Below are positions 6,705 through 15,664 of a DNA stretch of 64,000 bases, piece by piece. The position numbers and the translations under genes were made by a program. Below the pieces are notes generated by a model, which saw nothing but the letters and a program-made list of their open reading frames with translations, was not told the DNA's origin and did no database searches. This DNA is from a virus: IMG/VR virus record IMGVR_UViG_3300025133_009393. One strand, written 5' to 3'. Each line of letters opens with the position of its first letter. The first letter of the stretch is position 1.

Positions 6705-7694
6705 TCAAATTCGGTGTTTTGAGTCTGAAAAATAAATCTCTACATTGGATAATTCTTTCTTTATATACTCTGTCATCTCGTCTTCGGTATCGAACGAGAC
6801 CACTTCTTCACCACTAAATAGTTTCCAAGTATCCAATTCTCTCAATACATCAACTTTATTTAGAATTAACTTGTTTACTGAGTTTATGTTAATGGCCCTT
6901 TTCAAGCTAGCTAGGTTGAGATAGTTACACTGCCGGGCGCGGCCAGTGGTTGCTCCGTATTCTTCACCAGCCTCACGTACGCGAGCAAAAAATTCTTGGT
7001 CGTCAGCTGGCTCAAAGGTCTTCGCTCCGACGTAAGTCTCGTAAACTTTTCCAACACCCCAAACGTCTCGGATCCAAGTATGCGGAATACCGTTCAACAA
7101 GGCGCCTGCAACACCACAGTGACTCGAAGTCACAAACGGATAATCGCCCCAATCTATATCAAGCCCAAAACCCTGAGCGCCTTCGCACAATACATTGATA
7201 TTTTGATCGCTGTAAAATTCCTCATACATATCAATTATATAGTCTTTTAGAGCGGGTACATCCTCTGCCTGAACTCCTAGTCGTGCGTATTTATCGCGAT
7301 ATGCAGGCCCGTTGCCGCGTTTAGTTGTGCCAATTTTTGATTCGCTCTCTTCTTCAAAAATATGTGCGTTAGTAATGACGTGAGTGTTTTTAGCGATAAA
7401 AATCTTTCCTTCGACATCCACACCCCCATCTTTGAGTTCTTGTAATTCGTTAAAAAATTGTTCTGCGTTAACCACACAGCCTGGGCCGATAATGGATTTA
7501 ATCCCATAAAAAACGCCAGCAGGAATATGGTGAGTTACAAATTTCTTACCTTCATGATAGATGGTATGTCCAGCATTGCAACCTCCGTTGAATCTTAAAA
7601 CATGCGTGTAATCCTTGTATTTACATAAATAATGGGTAACTTTACCCTTTGCCTCGTCCCCATGTTGTACACCTATCACTATATCAGCATGCAT
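6705..7694 (-). CDS. purA: adenylosuccinate synthetase (short form)
   Basis: GDEAKGK, GGCNAGHT, EGAQG, YPFVTSS, GATTGR and NKVD motifs. Confidence 0.93.
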   Translation of the reverse strand: MHADIVIGVQHGDEAKGKVTHYLCKYKDYTHVLRFNGGCNAGHTIYHEGKKFVTHHIPAGVFYGIKSIIGPGCVVNAEQFFNELQELKDGGVDVEGKIFIAKNTHVITNAHIFEEESESKIGTTKRGNGPAYRDKYARLGVQAEDVPALKDYIIDMYEEFYSDQNINVLCEGAQGFGLDIDWGDYPFVTSSHCGVAGALLNGIPHTWIRDVWGVGKVYETYVGAKTFEPADDQEFFARVREAGEEYGATTGRARQCNYLNLASLKRAININSVNKLILNKVDVLRELDTWKLFSGEEVVSFDTEDEMTEYIKKELSNVEIYFSDSKHRI

Positions 7695-7774
7695 ATTTTC
7701 TCCTTATAATAAACCCCATTCCCACACCCCAAATCGGGATCCCGCCCACCAAGGGGCCACCACGCATTACACAT

Positions 7775-7802
7775 ATTATATCAACTATAAGAGAAAAGTA
7801 AA
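7775..7802 (-). promoter_or_regulatory. sigma70-like promoter of purA
   Basis: TTTACT-N16-TATAAT. Confidence 0.6.
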
Positions 7803-7803
7803 A

Positions 7804-8064
7804 TTATTTCTTACCTTGGTAAAATATTCCCACAGTATGCTTAGCACTCAACACTTTAAGTCTCTTTTCTAAATTTTTTACCATCTCAAACTCAACCGGC
7901 ACTTCAGATTCGGGAAGCTCATAAATAAAAACTGTTCCTAAATCTCCACATAAGTGATGAAACTCATATTGCGCGCCATTGTCGACAAAAGCAGTCACTG
8001 ACTCTTCTTCAACAATTTTCTTAATCGCCTCTAGTTCTTCTTTCTTTGACATAGTTCCTATCAT
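7804..8064 (-). CDS. hypothetical protein
   Basis: 86-aa ORF. Confidence 0.55.
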   Translation of the reverse strand: MIGTMSKKEELEAIKKIVEEESVTAFVDNGAQYEFHHLCGDLGTVFIYELPESEVPVEFEMVKNLEKRLKVLSAKHTVGIFYQGKK

Positions 8065-8067
8065 ATT

Positions 8068-8143
8068 TGGTACCCCCTGTAGGATTCGAACCTACGACCT
8101 AGCGGTTAAGAGCCGCGTGCTCTACCAACTGAGCTAAGAGGGC
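8068..8143 (-). tRNA. tRNA-Lys(CTT)
   Basis: Cloverleaf, anticodon loop CTCTTAA, CCA end. Confidence 0.92.
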
Positions 8144-8149
8144 AAAAAA

Positions 8150-8359
8150 TTAATATACTCTCACCATTATATGTCGACAAACGCGTACCTTTCTTATAAC
8201 AGTGCCTCGTCGACGAACATATCTCCAATGACACTTAATTCTGGGTTCCATTCTGTACATTCGCTGTGAAGAAATTCTGCTACCGGGGTGGCGTACGTAA
8301 CATGACGCCTGCAAGTTAGCAAAAAATAATAACACTAATAAAAATATAATCTTTTTCAT
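8150..8359 (-). CDS. small Arg-rich protein with signal peptide
   Basis: MKKIIFLLVLLFF hydrophobic N-terminus and basic body. Confidence 0.55.
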   Translation of the reverse strand: MKKIIFLLVLLFFANLQASCYVRHPGSRISSQRMYRMEPRIKCHWRYVRRRGTVIRKVRVCRHIMVRVY

Positions 8360-8366
8360 AATAATC

Positions 8367-8443
8367 TGGTAGCGCAGACGAGATTCGAACTCGCACTCAC
8401 ACGGCTTGAAAGGCCGGTATTTTAACCGTTAAACTACTGCGCC
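8367..8443 (-). tRNA. tRNA-Glu(TTC)
   Basis: Cloverleaf, anticodon loop CTTTCAA, CCA end; 5' end overlaps the stop of the upstream ORF. Confidence 0.85.
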
Positions 8444-8658
8444 TCGTCGCTTAAAACTGCTACTAACTCTTCCTCATTCCAAAACCTAGCCTCCAAATCA
8501 TCTGGAAATAGAACCTCATAACGCTTCTGCTTGCGCCCTCGATGATCATCATCCAAGTGCCAGTCAATTTCTCCAACCACCAGTCCGATTATTGCATTTC
8601 TGCTGAAACCGGAGGGGGAGCGAGAGCGAATGACCAAATCACCAATTTTTAATGCCAT
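8434..8658 (-). CDS. KIGDLV-family microprotein
   Basis: MALKIGDLV...IGLVV...YEVLF...W.EEEL. Confidence 0.7.
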   Translation of the reverse strand: MALKIGDLVIRSRSPSGFSRNAIIGLVVGEIDWHLDDDHRGRKQKRYEVLFPDDLEARFWNEEELVAVLSDEAQ

Positions 8659-8703
8659 GTTTCCATATTATAATAACTAAACATTGCCTTGTAAGGTTTT
8701 TAT

Positions 8704-8780
8704 TGGTGCGCCCGACAGGATTCGAACCTGTGACCCTCGGCTTAGAAGGCCGATGCTCTATCCAGCTGAGCTACGGGCGC
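8704..8780 (-). tRNA. tRNA-Arg(TCT)
   Basis: GCGCCCGTAGCTCAGCTGGATAGAGC...CTTCTAA...ACCA. Confidence 0.95.
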
Positions 8781-8784
8781 GTAA

Positions 8785-8883
8785 TTATAGCCCAAATGCT
8801 ACAAAAATTACTGTGCCAATAACTAAACCAATCATAATCCTTGTGAAAAGCTTATCACTTTCAAAGTGATACATGTCGCTCAT
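8785..8883 (-). CDS. small membrane protein (32 aa)
   Basis: [32 protein letters not shown]; AAGGAG RBS. Confidence 0.5.
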   Translation of the reverse strand: MSDMYHFESDKLFTRIMIGLVIGTVIFVAFGL

Positions 8884-8893
8884 TGTTTTCTCC

Positions 8894-9154
8894 TTATTTA
8901 AAATCTGGTGTAGGTATGCAAGTCTCAGGATCAATTACAACTTGATCTTTCTTGTGTGCTTTAATAAAACTTGCAGCTGCTTTTTTGTTCTTAAAGTTGG
9001 TAAGATAAATCATTTTTTCATCTATCTTAAGAATTACCTCGTAACAGCCATGTCTAATATGATTAATAATGTAGTCACTAACCTTTTTGTTTTCTTTTAA
9101 AGTCTTAAAACCTTTCGGCTTTTTTACATAATTTTTCGAACGTTTCTTGCTCAT
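8894..9154 (-). CDS. basic hypothetical protein
   Basis: 86-aa ORF directly after a promoter. Confidence 0.6.
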   Translation of the reverse strand: MSKKRSKNYVKKPKGFKTLKENKKVSDYIINHIRHGCYEVILKIDEKMIYLTNFKNKKAAASFIKAHKKDQVVIDPETCIPTPDFK

Positions 9155-9288
9155 ATATCAATTATAATAACGGCGCGTTTTTCGTCAAGATCTTCTTGCT
9201 CTTGTTTTTCCTTCATTCTTCTGATATATTCTTCCCATTCGGGAGGGGGAAGCGAAACATGAACATACGGCCTTTCTTCTTTATCCAT
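9151..9288 (-). CDS. small hypothetical protein (45 aa)
   Basis: MDKEERPYVHVSLPPPEW...IIIDI; GAGGAG RBS. Confidence 0.5.
   Translation of the reverse strand: MDKEERPYVHVSLPPPEWEEYIRRMKEKQEQEDLDEKRAVIIIDI
9161..9188 (-). promoter_or_regulatory. sigma70-like promoter, probably leaderless
   Basis: TTGACG-N16-TATAAT, 6 nt before the ATG at 9154. Confidence 0.65.
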
Positions 9289-9430
9289 TTTGATACTCCT
9301 CTATGGTTTCCTTAAGTTGTCGATTTTCATTACGCAGTTTGCGTATCAAATCGTACATATCATGAACAGCCTGGATCAGCAACTCATGTCTTTCTTGCAG
9401 ATCCTTATATTGCTGTTCACGCTCACTCAC
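9281..9430 (-). CDS. small coiled-coil protein (49 aa)
   Basis: GTG start overlapping the upstream TGA; GGAGG RBS. Confidence 0.45.
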   Translation of the reverse strand: MSEREQQYKDLQERHELLIQAVHDMYDLIRKLRNENRQLKETIEEYQNG

Positions 9431-9609
9431 CCTCCTTGGCCCCTGTACGGCTTCTTTCGTCGTCGAGCCTTACTCGGGGTACTTCCTGCGCGTGCTCCTC
9501 CGTAAAAGGTCTCTCCGCCTACGTGGGGCGTTCTAGAATATGTGCCATTGCCTTGCGACGTTTTCTTTGGCGCGTAATTTGAACCGGTTTTTGAATTATA
9601 TTTAGCCAT
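9427..9609 (-). CDS. small basic KKTSQG...YRGQG protein typical of T4-like phages
   Basis: KKTSQGNG and C-terminal KPYRGQG. Confidence 0.65.
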   Translation of the reverse strand: MAKYNSKTGSNYAPKKTSQGNGTYSRTPHVGGETFYGGARAGSTPSKARRRKKPYRGQGG

Positions 9610-10047
9610 TTATCTCTCCTTTGCTTGGCGATCGAACATTGTAATACCATCCAGATGATCTATCTCATGTTGCACGCAAACGCACTCCAGAGCATTTTCC
9701 TTGGTACTAAAATATATTATATTCGGATGATTGTCTGCCTTGACAGCAATATCCGCATATCGTTCAGTAATAATATAATCCCCAGGAAACGAAAGACAAC
9801 CTTCTTTGAAATTTATTTTACCAAACTTACCAGCTATTTTTGGATTAACTAAAATAATCGGTTTGACAACTTTAACGACACAAACACGTCTATCGATGCC
9901 CACTTGGTTGGCCGCCAAGCCGACACCTGTTTTGTGAGAATCTAAGATCCCTAAAAGAGTCTTTCCTAGCGCTTCACCTTGTTGTACATCAGAAATTTCT
10001 ACACAAGGCTTCGCCAGGCGGTCTTTTTCGGTAATAATATTATACAT
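9610..10047 (-). CDS. def: peptide deformylase
   Basis: GVGLAANQ, EGCLS and QHEIDHLDG motifs. Confidence 0.95.
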   Translation of the reverse strand: MYNIITEKDRLAKPCVEISDVQQGEALGKTLLGILDSHKTGVGLAANQVGIDRRVCVVKVVKPIILVNPKIAGKFGKINFKEGCLSFPGDYIITERYADIAVKADNHPNIIYFSTKENALECVCVQHEIDHLDGITMFDRQAKER

Positions 10048-10058
10048 CTTACCAGTAA

Positions 10059-10688
10059 TTAGGTTTGAGCAAGGGCTCTGGAGTCAATAAAGAGGCGAGA
10101 GGCATAAAAACTTATAAACGCCAAAACGATTCCTGAAAATACATCCACCAAATAGTGCTGTTTCAAAGTTAAAGTTGATAGTGCTATACCCAAAGCCCAC
10201 AGCAAATACAAAGCTTTTAGCCCCTCGACCTTGCGCGCTAATTCTGTTTTGCAAGCACCCAAAAACATTATCCAAGCGAAGGTTACATGACCAGATGGAA
10301 AAGTGTTATTAGATGCATCAATTTGTCTTGTTAAATATAACATAGCTTCAGAGATTGTGTTGACTTCAAACTCTAAGCGTGGATAAAAACTTGGAAAACA
10401 TAAATAAGATACATTCAAAACTGCAGTTGCTACGATGCAAGCCCAGAAGGTCGTAAGAAAAACCCCTCGACTTTGTACGAGAGACAGCATTGTCAACAGT
10501 ATTACTGGCAGTATGCTATGATATATCCATATATGTTGGGGCATGAAAGGAATGGCGTTATCAAATTCAGTTATAAAATCAAATTCGTGAGTTGTCACGA
10601 AAGCCTGGATTAATCCATATAATCCGAGATACGCAACCAACATCAATGAGATATATTTTACTTTATCACACTTCGGCACTGATGACAC
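10059..10688 (-). CDS. PAP2/AUR1-like membrane lipid phosphatase or phosphotransferase
   Basis: Several TM segments; NTFPSGH and QHYLVD motifs. Confidence 0.85.
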   Translation of the reverse strand: MSSVPKCDKVKYISLMLVAYLGLYGLIQAFVTTHEFDFITEFDNAIPFMPQHIWIYHSILPVILLTMLSLVQSRGVFLTTFWACIVATAVLNVSYLCFPSFYPRLEFEVNTISEAMLYLTRQIDASNNTFPSGHVTFAWIMFLGACKTELARKVEGLKALYLLWALGIALSTLTLKQHYLVDVFSGIVLAFISFYASRLFIDSRALAQT

Positions 10689-10783
10689 TTCCTTCCATCA
10701 AGCTTCATTAGAAGAGACGTACACGTCTGTTATAAATATACTTTTTAAGCCCAAAAGCACTTAAAAAAACAGGGAGATGCAAA

Positions 10784-11149
10784 TTAATTTATAGCCAAAG
10801 ATACATTATATTTCAGCAGCTCTTTCGATACCAAATATCTAGACACCAGAGCAGACTCAACGATCAACATGCCTTCTGCAGATATAAAGACTTGGTTCTT
10901 ATCTTCTTCTTCGTACCCCTCTAGCGCTTCTACTAGGTGCTTGAGTGCGGCGTTAGAAGAAGAATAAAACTCACACAACAAAGAGGTCAACATTCTATTA
11001 ATAGGATCATCGGCCAGCTTCTGTATGAGCACTTCTTCTGAATATCCTAGCTGGGTTTCGCACTCTTCTAGTAGTTCTTGCAGGGCAGCGAGAGGAAGTG
11101 AATAAACTGTTTTCTTTTTCGGATCACTCATCAGCTTCCTGCTTTTCAA
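10784..11149 (-). CDS. hypothetical helical protein
   Basis: 121-aa ORF. Confidence 0.6.
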   Translation of the reverse strand: MKSRKLMSDPKKKTVYSLPLAALQELLEECETQLGYSEEVLIQKLADDPINRMLTSLLCEFYSSSNAALKHLVEALEGYEEEDKNQVFISAEGMLIVESALVSRYLVSKELLKYNVSLAIN

Positions 11150-11375
11150 TCAAATCTGTATAGCCGCCTATAAAGCTATAATCATTCTCGCTCTTTTCGA
11201 AAACCATCGGTACCGTTGACCAACTGTAGGCATCCTTCACGTCTTCTAATATTTTTAAATTCTGGTCGAAGTAAATTGGTTTATAATTTATTTCTTTCAG
11301 GCTTAAAAAGTTCTCAGCTTTTACGCAAAAGGAGCATCCTCTTTTCAAATATAAAATGTACTTATAGTCTTCCAA
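11124..11375 (-). CDS. glutaredoxin
   Basis: CSFC, TVP and IGGYTDL motifs. Confidence 0.9.
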   Translation of the reverse strand: MEDYKYILYLKRGCSFCVKAENFLSLKEINYKPIYFDQNLKILEDVKDAYSWSTVPMVFEKSENDYSFIGGYTDLIEKQEADE

Positions 11376-11389
11376 TAAACTTTCCCTTT

Positions 11390-11629
11390 TTATAATTCGT
11401 AGATATCTTTACTGCTCACATACCAAGTCTCGCCTAAATAATGCACACCAACATGGTCATCTTGAACCTCAGTTACTAGCAAGCTAACGGGCTTTTTCGT
11501 TGTATGGTGCCTCTCTGGTACAGAATAGGCTCGATGGCTGGCTCTGGCCTCGCCCAGCATGCCAAATTTTAATAAACGTACACTTGAAGGTATATATATA
11601 AGCTGCCCTATCTGTATGCTTCTACTCAT
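11390..11629 (-). CDS. small SH3-like hypothetical protein
   Basis: MSRSIQIGQLIYIP...W.V; start overlaps the groEL stop. Confidence 0.55.
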   Translation of the reverse strand: MSRSIQIGQLIYIPSSVRLLKFGMLGEARASHRAYSVPERHHTTKKPVSLLVTEVQDDHVGVHYLGETWYVSSKDIYEL

Positions 11630-13190
11630 TTTCAACAATCGCATAACCAGTCGTGATAATTGTTGAAGCCACAGACACTGCATTAAGCAACGCAATGCGT
11701 GTAACTTTAACTGGATCGATTATGCCCATCTTTAACATAGGAACCAACTCGCCAGAGTTAAAATCCCACCCCTCGTCGGCCTTTGAGTTTCTGACCAGAC
11801 TGGTTATCATATCAGGACTCTCCCCGGCATTTAAAGCCATTTGTCTTAATGGCCCGGCAAGAGACTTGCGTACAATCTCGACGCCCAAGCGTTGATCTTC
11901 GCCATCAACCTCAACATCAAAATCCATACACCTTACAAGACTTGAGCCGCCGCCAGGAACAATTCCGCCTTCGCGAGCAGATTTGACAGCCTCTAGGGCA
12001 TCTTCGATCCTGTGCTTCTTCTCTATCATTTCAACCTCTGTTGGCGCGCCGACTCTGATTATAGCAACGCCGCTAGCAAGTCTAGATATCCTTTCTTGAA
12101 CCCTCTCGCACTCGTGAACATCATCCGTTTGTTTGATTTCCGCCTTGAGAGATTCAATTCGCTCATCAACTTTTTCCCAATCGCAACCATCGCTTATAAG
12201 AGTTGTGAAATTCTTAAGCACCTCTATCTTTTTACAGCGGCCCAAGTGTTCTAGCTTAGTCTCTTTTATATTAATACCCGAAGCTCTGCTTACAAATGTC
12301 GCACCGACAGATAAACAAAGATCCTCTAAGATATTATTCCTCTCCTGACCATAGCGTGGCGCCTTCACTGCTGCGATCTTCATGGTGCCGCGCACAGTAT
12401 TCATAATCAAAGCAGCCAAAGCTTGACCTTCGACCTCTTCAGCAACTATAATCAGCGGGCGGCCTTCTCGTGAAACAACTTCCAAGACGGGCAGAATATC
12501 TTCCACCAGTTCAATCTTGTGATTAGTCACCAGTACCATGGCATCATCATATTCGACCGCTGCTTTTCTCTCATCAGTAACAAAGGCAGAGGCAAAGTAT
12601 CCAGAATCAAACCTAAAGCCTTCGGTAATATCAACAGTTGTCTCCATTGATCTGCCGTTCTGAATCGTTATTGAACCATCCTTTCCTGCTTGATCAACTG
12701 CCATGGCAATCATCTTTCCAATAGCAGTGTCTCCATTCGCGGAGATGGTGGCTACATGTTCTATGTCGTCTGTGGAAGATAGAGGATGCGCCATGTCCTT
12801 GAGTCTATCCATAATCACTTCAACTGATTTGTCCATCCCGCGTTTAAGTTCGACTGGCGATGCTCCTGCGGCTAGGTATTTCTGAGCGTTATTTAGAATT
12901 GATCTGGCTAGAACAGTGGAAGTAGTTGTTCCATCACCCGCCTTCAAATTTGTTTGGGACGCGGCCTGTTTTATAATCTGCGCGCCAGCATTCTCGAAAG
13001 GATCGTCAAGCTCAATAAACTCAGCAACCGTGACGCCATCCTTCGTGATGATTGGTCGACCACCTTTCTTATGCAATATTACATTTCGACCTTTCGGGCC
13101 GAGGGTAGAAGCTACATTGTCTGCCAGCTTGTTTACCCCATCAATTATACGAACTTGCAAATCTTTGCCGTTCTGATAGTTCTTAGACAT
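11622..13190 (-). CDS. groEL: chaperonin GroEL
   Basis: TLGPKGRNV, TKDGVTVA, GDGTTT and GIVPGGG motifs; no GGM tail. Confidence 0.97.
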   Translation of the reverse strand: MSKNYQNGKDLQVRIIDGVNKLADNVASTLGPKGRNVILHKKGGRPIITKDGVTVAEFIELDDPFENAGAQIIKQAASQTNLKAGDGTTTSTVLARSILNNAQKYLAAGASPVELKRGMDKSVEVIMDRLKDMAHPLSSTDDIEHVATISANGDTAIGKMIAMAVDQAGKDGSITIQNGRSMETTVDITEGFRFDSGYFASAFVTDERKAAVEYDDAMVLVTNHKIELVEDILPVLEVVSREGRPLIIVAEEVEGQALAALIMNTVRGTMKIAAVKAPRYGQERNNILEDLCLSVGATFVSRASGINIKETKLEHLGRCKKIEVLKNFTTLISDGCDWEKVDERIESLKAEIKQTDDVHECERVQERISRLASGVAIIRVGAPTEVEMIEKKHRIEDALEAVKSAREGGIVPGGGSSLVRCMDFDVEVDGEDQRLGVEIVRKSLAGPLRQMALNAGESPDMITSLVRNSKADEGWDFNSGELVPMLKMGIIDPVKVTRIALLNAVSVASTIITTGYAIVENE

Positions 13191-13227
13191 ATGACCTCAC
13201 TATTATATTCTAATTCTTACACATATT

Positions 13228-13256
13228 AGTATAAGAACGATAACTATTTAAGTCAA
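13228..13256 (-). promoter_or_regulatory. sigma70-like promoter of groEL
   Basis: TTGACT-N17-TATACT. Confidence 0.65.
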
Positions 13257-13265
13257 TTAAATAAT

Positions 13266-14777
13266 TTACTCGCCGGGGCCGGGGCGACGTGTTGGTGGCG
13301 AAACGGAATAATCCATATGTGTTTCTCCGCCAGATCCTCCGCCTTCGATCGATTGAACTGCATTTGAAGTTGCTTGCTGCAGTTTCTCTGCATCCCCAAT
13401 TGCATCCAAGGCAAACTGCTTTCTGTTCTGCCCTTCTTCAGTTGTAGCTAAGAAATAGTTATTTACATTTCCAGTGAAAGTCTGAAGTGTTGCGTAGACA
13501 GGACCAATAGTTTCTTTTAGGAGATCGGCATAAGCAGCCCAAGTTTGTTTCATATATTGTTCGCCAATCATTAGAGTTCCAACGGAGCGAAAACCACGAA
13601 TCGATTCAGCCTGATGTCTAGTAAATTCAAACTGTTGGTTTTGTTTATATCCCGGTGTCTGTCTTAGGGAATCAATAATAGCCTCTTTATTGCCTGACTC
13701 GATGTTTCTCTTTAAAATATCAACAACAGCCATTGAACCAAACAATTTTGAGGCTTTGGTGCCTTCAAATCTTTGATCTGAGTGGTTAATTGTAAAGGGA
13801 GCATATTCTTGTAGCTCTTCGTCTGACATCTGCACTACTTTATTTAATATTTTATTAAGAGAATCACCCGTGACCTTCACTTCATTCAACGGCAAAGATC
13901 TTCCAGACGGCGAAAATCCGAAATCAGTGGCGCGCTCGCCAGGAACAAAGCCAACCTTGCCAAATCTAATAAACTTGACTGGCTTGCCCTCAGAATCTAA
14001 TTTTTTAAGGAGATCTTTCATTGCTGCAGCCGTCTCGACTTTAACCCCCTTGGCAGTAACAGTTTTCAACAAAGGGGTAACAAAAACATCCAAGAAGTTT
14101 TCTAAAGTAATTATAAACTCGCCAAACTCAAGGCCTTGGTCTTTGCCGACCCGGCGTGCATCCAAGTAAATGACATGATCCAACTGAGCAAAGTGTTCTA
14201 CCATGTTGGCAAAAGACCCCTTAACGCCCGTTGACTGGCCTAAAAGTTTAAGTGAATAATGCTTATCGTTTAATACCACATCTGTAATTGGCTTCCCTGA
14301 AGCGTCCATTCCCTCAATCTCTTCGGGGCTGGTAATTTGCACAGATTCGCCACCAAACAATCCAGCAAGAAAGCCCTCAAAAATAAAACCACCAGCTGAT
14401 TCTGTGAACTCTCTGATGATTGAAGAAAGTATTTCACAAACAACCATGCTAGAGAGAATTTCTGATATGGTTGCAGATTCTTTCTTTTCAGAGATGATGG
14501 TATTAATACTAGCTATCTTTTCTTCCAAAGAGTTTCCGCCAATACGGCTAGAAAAACTCTCGATGATGGCGCGGTCTTTGGAATTCATCTTACCCCAATC
14601 TTCAGTGATCTTGATTGTTGGCAATGATATATTGATATTTGAGTAATCAATCGTAGCAGTTTCGTCTTCGGTTAAAACATTGATGGCTGACATTTGTTGT
14701 TCAACCATTTCCATCAGCGATTCAAGGTTTAACTTTGAGGTAGTTTTACTATTTAATACTTTCTTTTCTGAATTCAT
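13266..14777 (-). CDS. late protein with putative PD-(D/E)xK nuclease-like core
   Basis: GFIFEGFLAGLFGG...ITDVV...YSLKL; CTAATTA directly upstream. Confidence 0.55.
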   Translation of the reverse strand: MNSEKKVLNSKTTSKLNLESLMEMVEQQMSAINVLTEDETATIDYSNINISLPTIKITEDWGKMNSKDRAIIESFSSRIGGNSLEEKIASINTIISEKKESATISEILSSMVVCEILSSIIREFTESAGGFIFEGFLAGLFGGESVQITSPEEIEGMDASGKPITDVVLNDKHYSLKLLGQSTGVKGSFANMVEHFAQLDHVIYLDARRVGKDQGLEFGEFIITLENFLDVFVTPLLKTVTAKGVKVETAAAMKDLLKKLDSEGKPVKFIRFGKVGFVPGERATDFGFSPSGRSLPLNEVKVTGDSLNKILNKVVQMSDEELQEYAPFTINHSDQRFEGTKASKLFGSMAVVDILKRNIESGNKEAIIDSLRQTPGYKQNQQFEFTRHQAESIRGFRSVGTLMIGEQYMKQTWAAYADLLKETIGPVYATLQTFTGNVNNYFLATTEEGQNRKQFALDAIGDAEKLQQATSNAVQSIEGGGSGGETHMDYSVSPPTRRPGPGE

Positions 14778-14785
14778 AATAATAA

Positions 14786-15658
14786 TTAGCTCCTTTCTTT
14801 CTTAATAGATTCAATAATTTCATCAACTTTTAAACCAGCAGTATCAATTTTACCTCTAGTCAAATTGTAATGATTGATTACACCCTTAAATTTACCCTTC
14901 ACGGCATCGCGATATACACCAGTACATAAACTTCCATCGTCATTTTTCGGATATTCTAGGGGAATTCCTAGCTCCTTGTTCAGAAAGTCAATTAACACTT
15001 TATATGCCTCTAACTGCGCAGGATAATAGCCCAAATGCGGCTTAAGGCGGCGACCATGGACTCTGCTATCCATGAGAACCGGACGGGCTTCTAGGCCCAT
15101 TCTCTTATAGCGTGGGCGATACTTTAAATAATAAGCATTAGATAAGTCAATACCAATTGAATTGTTGTTTGACCCTCTGGCATGCCAAGCAATATTATTG
15201 GCATCAACTAGTTGAACAATCGTTCCATCGTTGTCGATTACAAAATGTGTGGAAATGCCCCTCTTCTCTAATACTCTCTTGCAAGAATCAGCAGAAGTAC
15301 AAACATCCCAATGAGTTACGATAACATGAGGCTTTCTTTGTTTTCTAGAAGTCTTATAACATTTTGAGGGAAGCAAGTCTCTTCTTACTTTCGGCCAAGC
15401 GATCGGTATTAATTTACCGTTTACCATCAGACTACTCATACCTTCAATCGAGTCTTGGTGCATTTCATGATGCAGCTGTAAGCGTCTAAAAGTGTTGGTT
15501 CCAACCATCCCGTCAACCTTAAGGTCGTGGGCTTTTTGGAAATCCTTAACTTCCCTTTCTAGTTCTGAGTTATATTTCTCAACATTAAACCATGTTGGAT
15601 CCCATCCAAACTTCTTGGCCGATCTCTTGTTATAATTGTTTATCCACCATCCCATCAT
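14786..15658 (-). CDS. N-acetylmuramoyl-L-alanine amidase with peptidoglycan-binding domain (endolysin candidate)
   Basis: FQKAHDLKVDGMVG (PG-binding), IVTH, STHFVIDNDGTI, AWHA and NSIGI. Confidence 0.88.
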   Translation of the reverse strand: MMGWWINNYNKRSAKKFGWDPTWFNVEKYNSELEREVKDFQKAHDLKVDGMVGTNTFRRLQLHHEMHQDSIEGMSSLMVNGKLIPIAWPKVRRDLLPSKCYKTSRKQRKPHVIVTHWDVCTSADSCKRVLEKRGISTHFVIDNDGTIVQLVDANNIAWHARGSNNNSIGIDLSNAYYLKYRPRYKRMGLEARPVLMDSRVHGRRLKPHLGYYPAQLEAYKVLIDFLNKELGIPLEYPKNDDGSLCTGVYRDAVKGKFKGVINHYNLTRGKIDTAGLKVDEIIESIKKERS

Positions 15659-15664
15659 TTTCTC

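Noticed and set aside
6705-7694. PurZ (2-aminoadenine DNA pathway)
   Set aside because: It keeps the PurA catalytic Asp (GDEAKG, where PurZ has Ser) and the GTP-type NKVD motif, and no DatZ-like HD gene was seen
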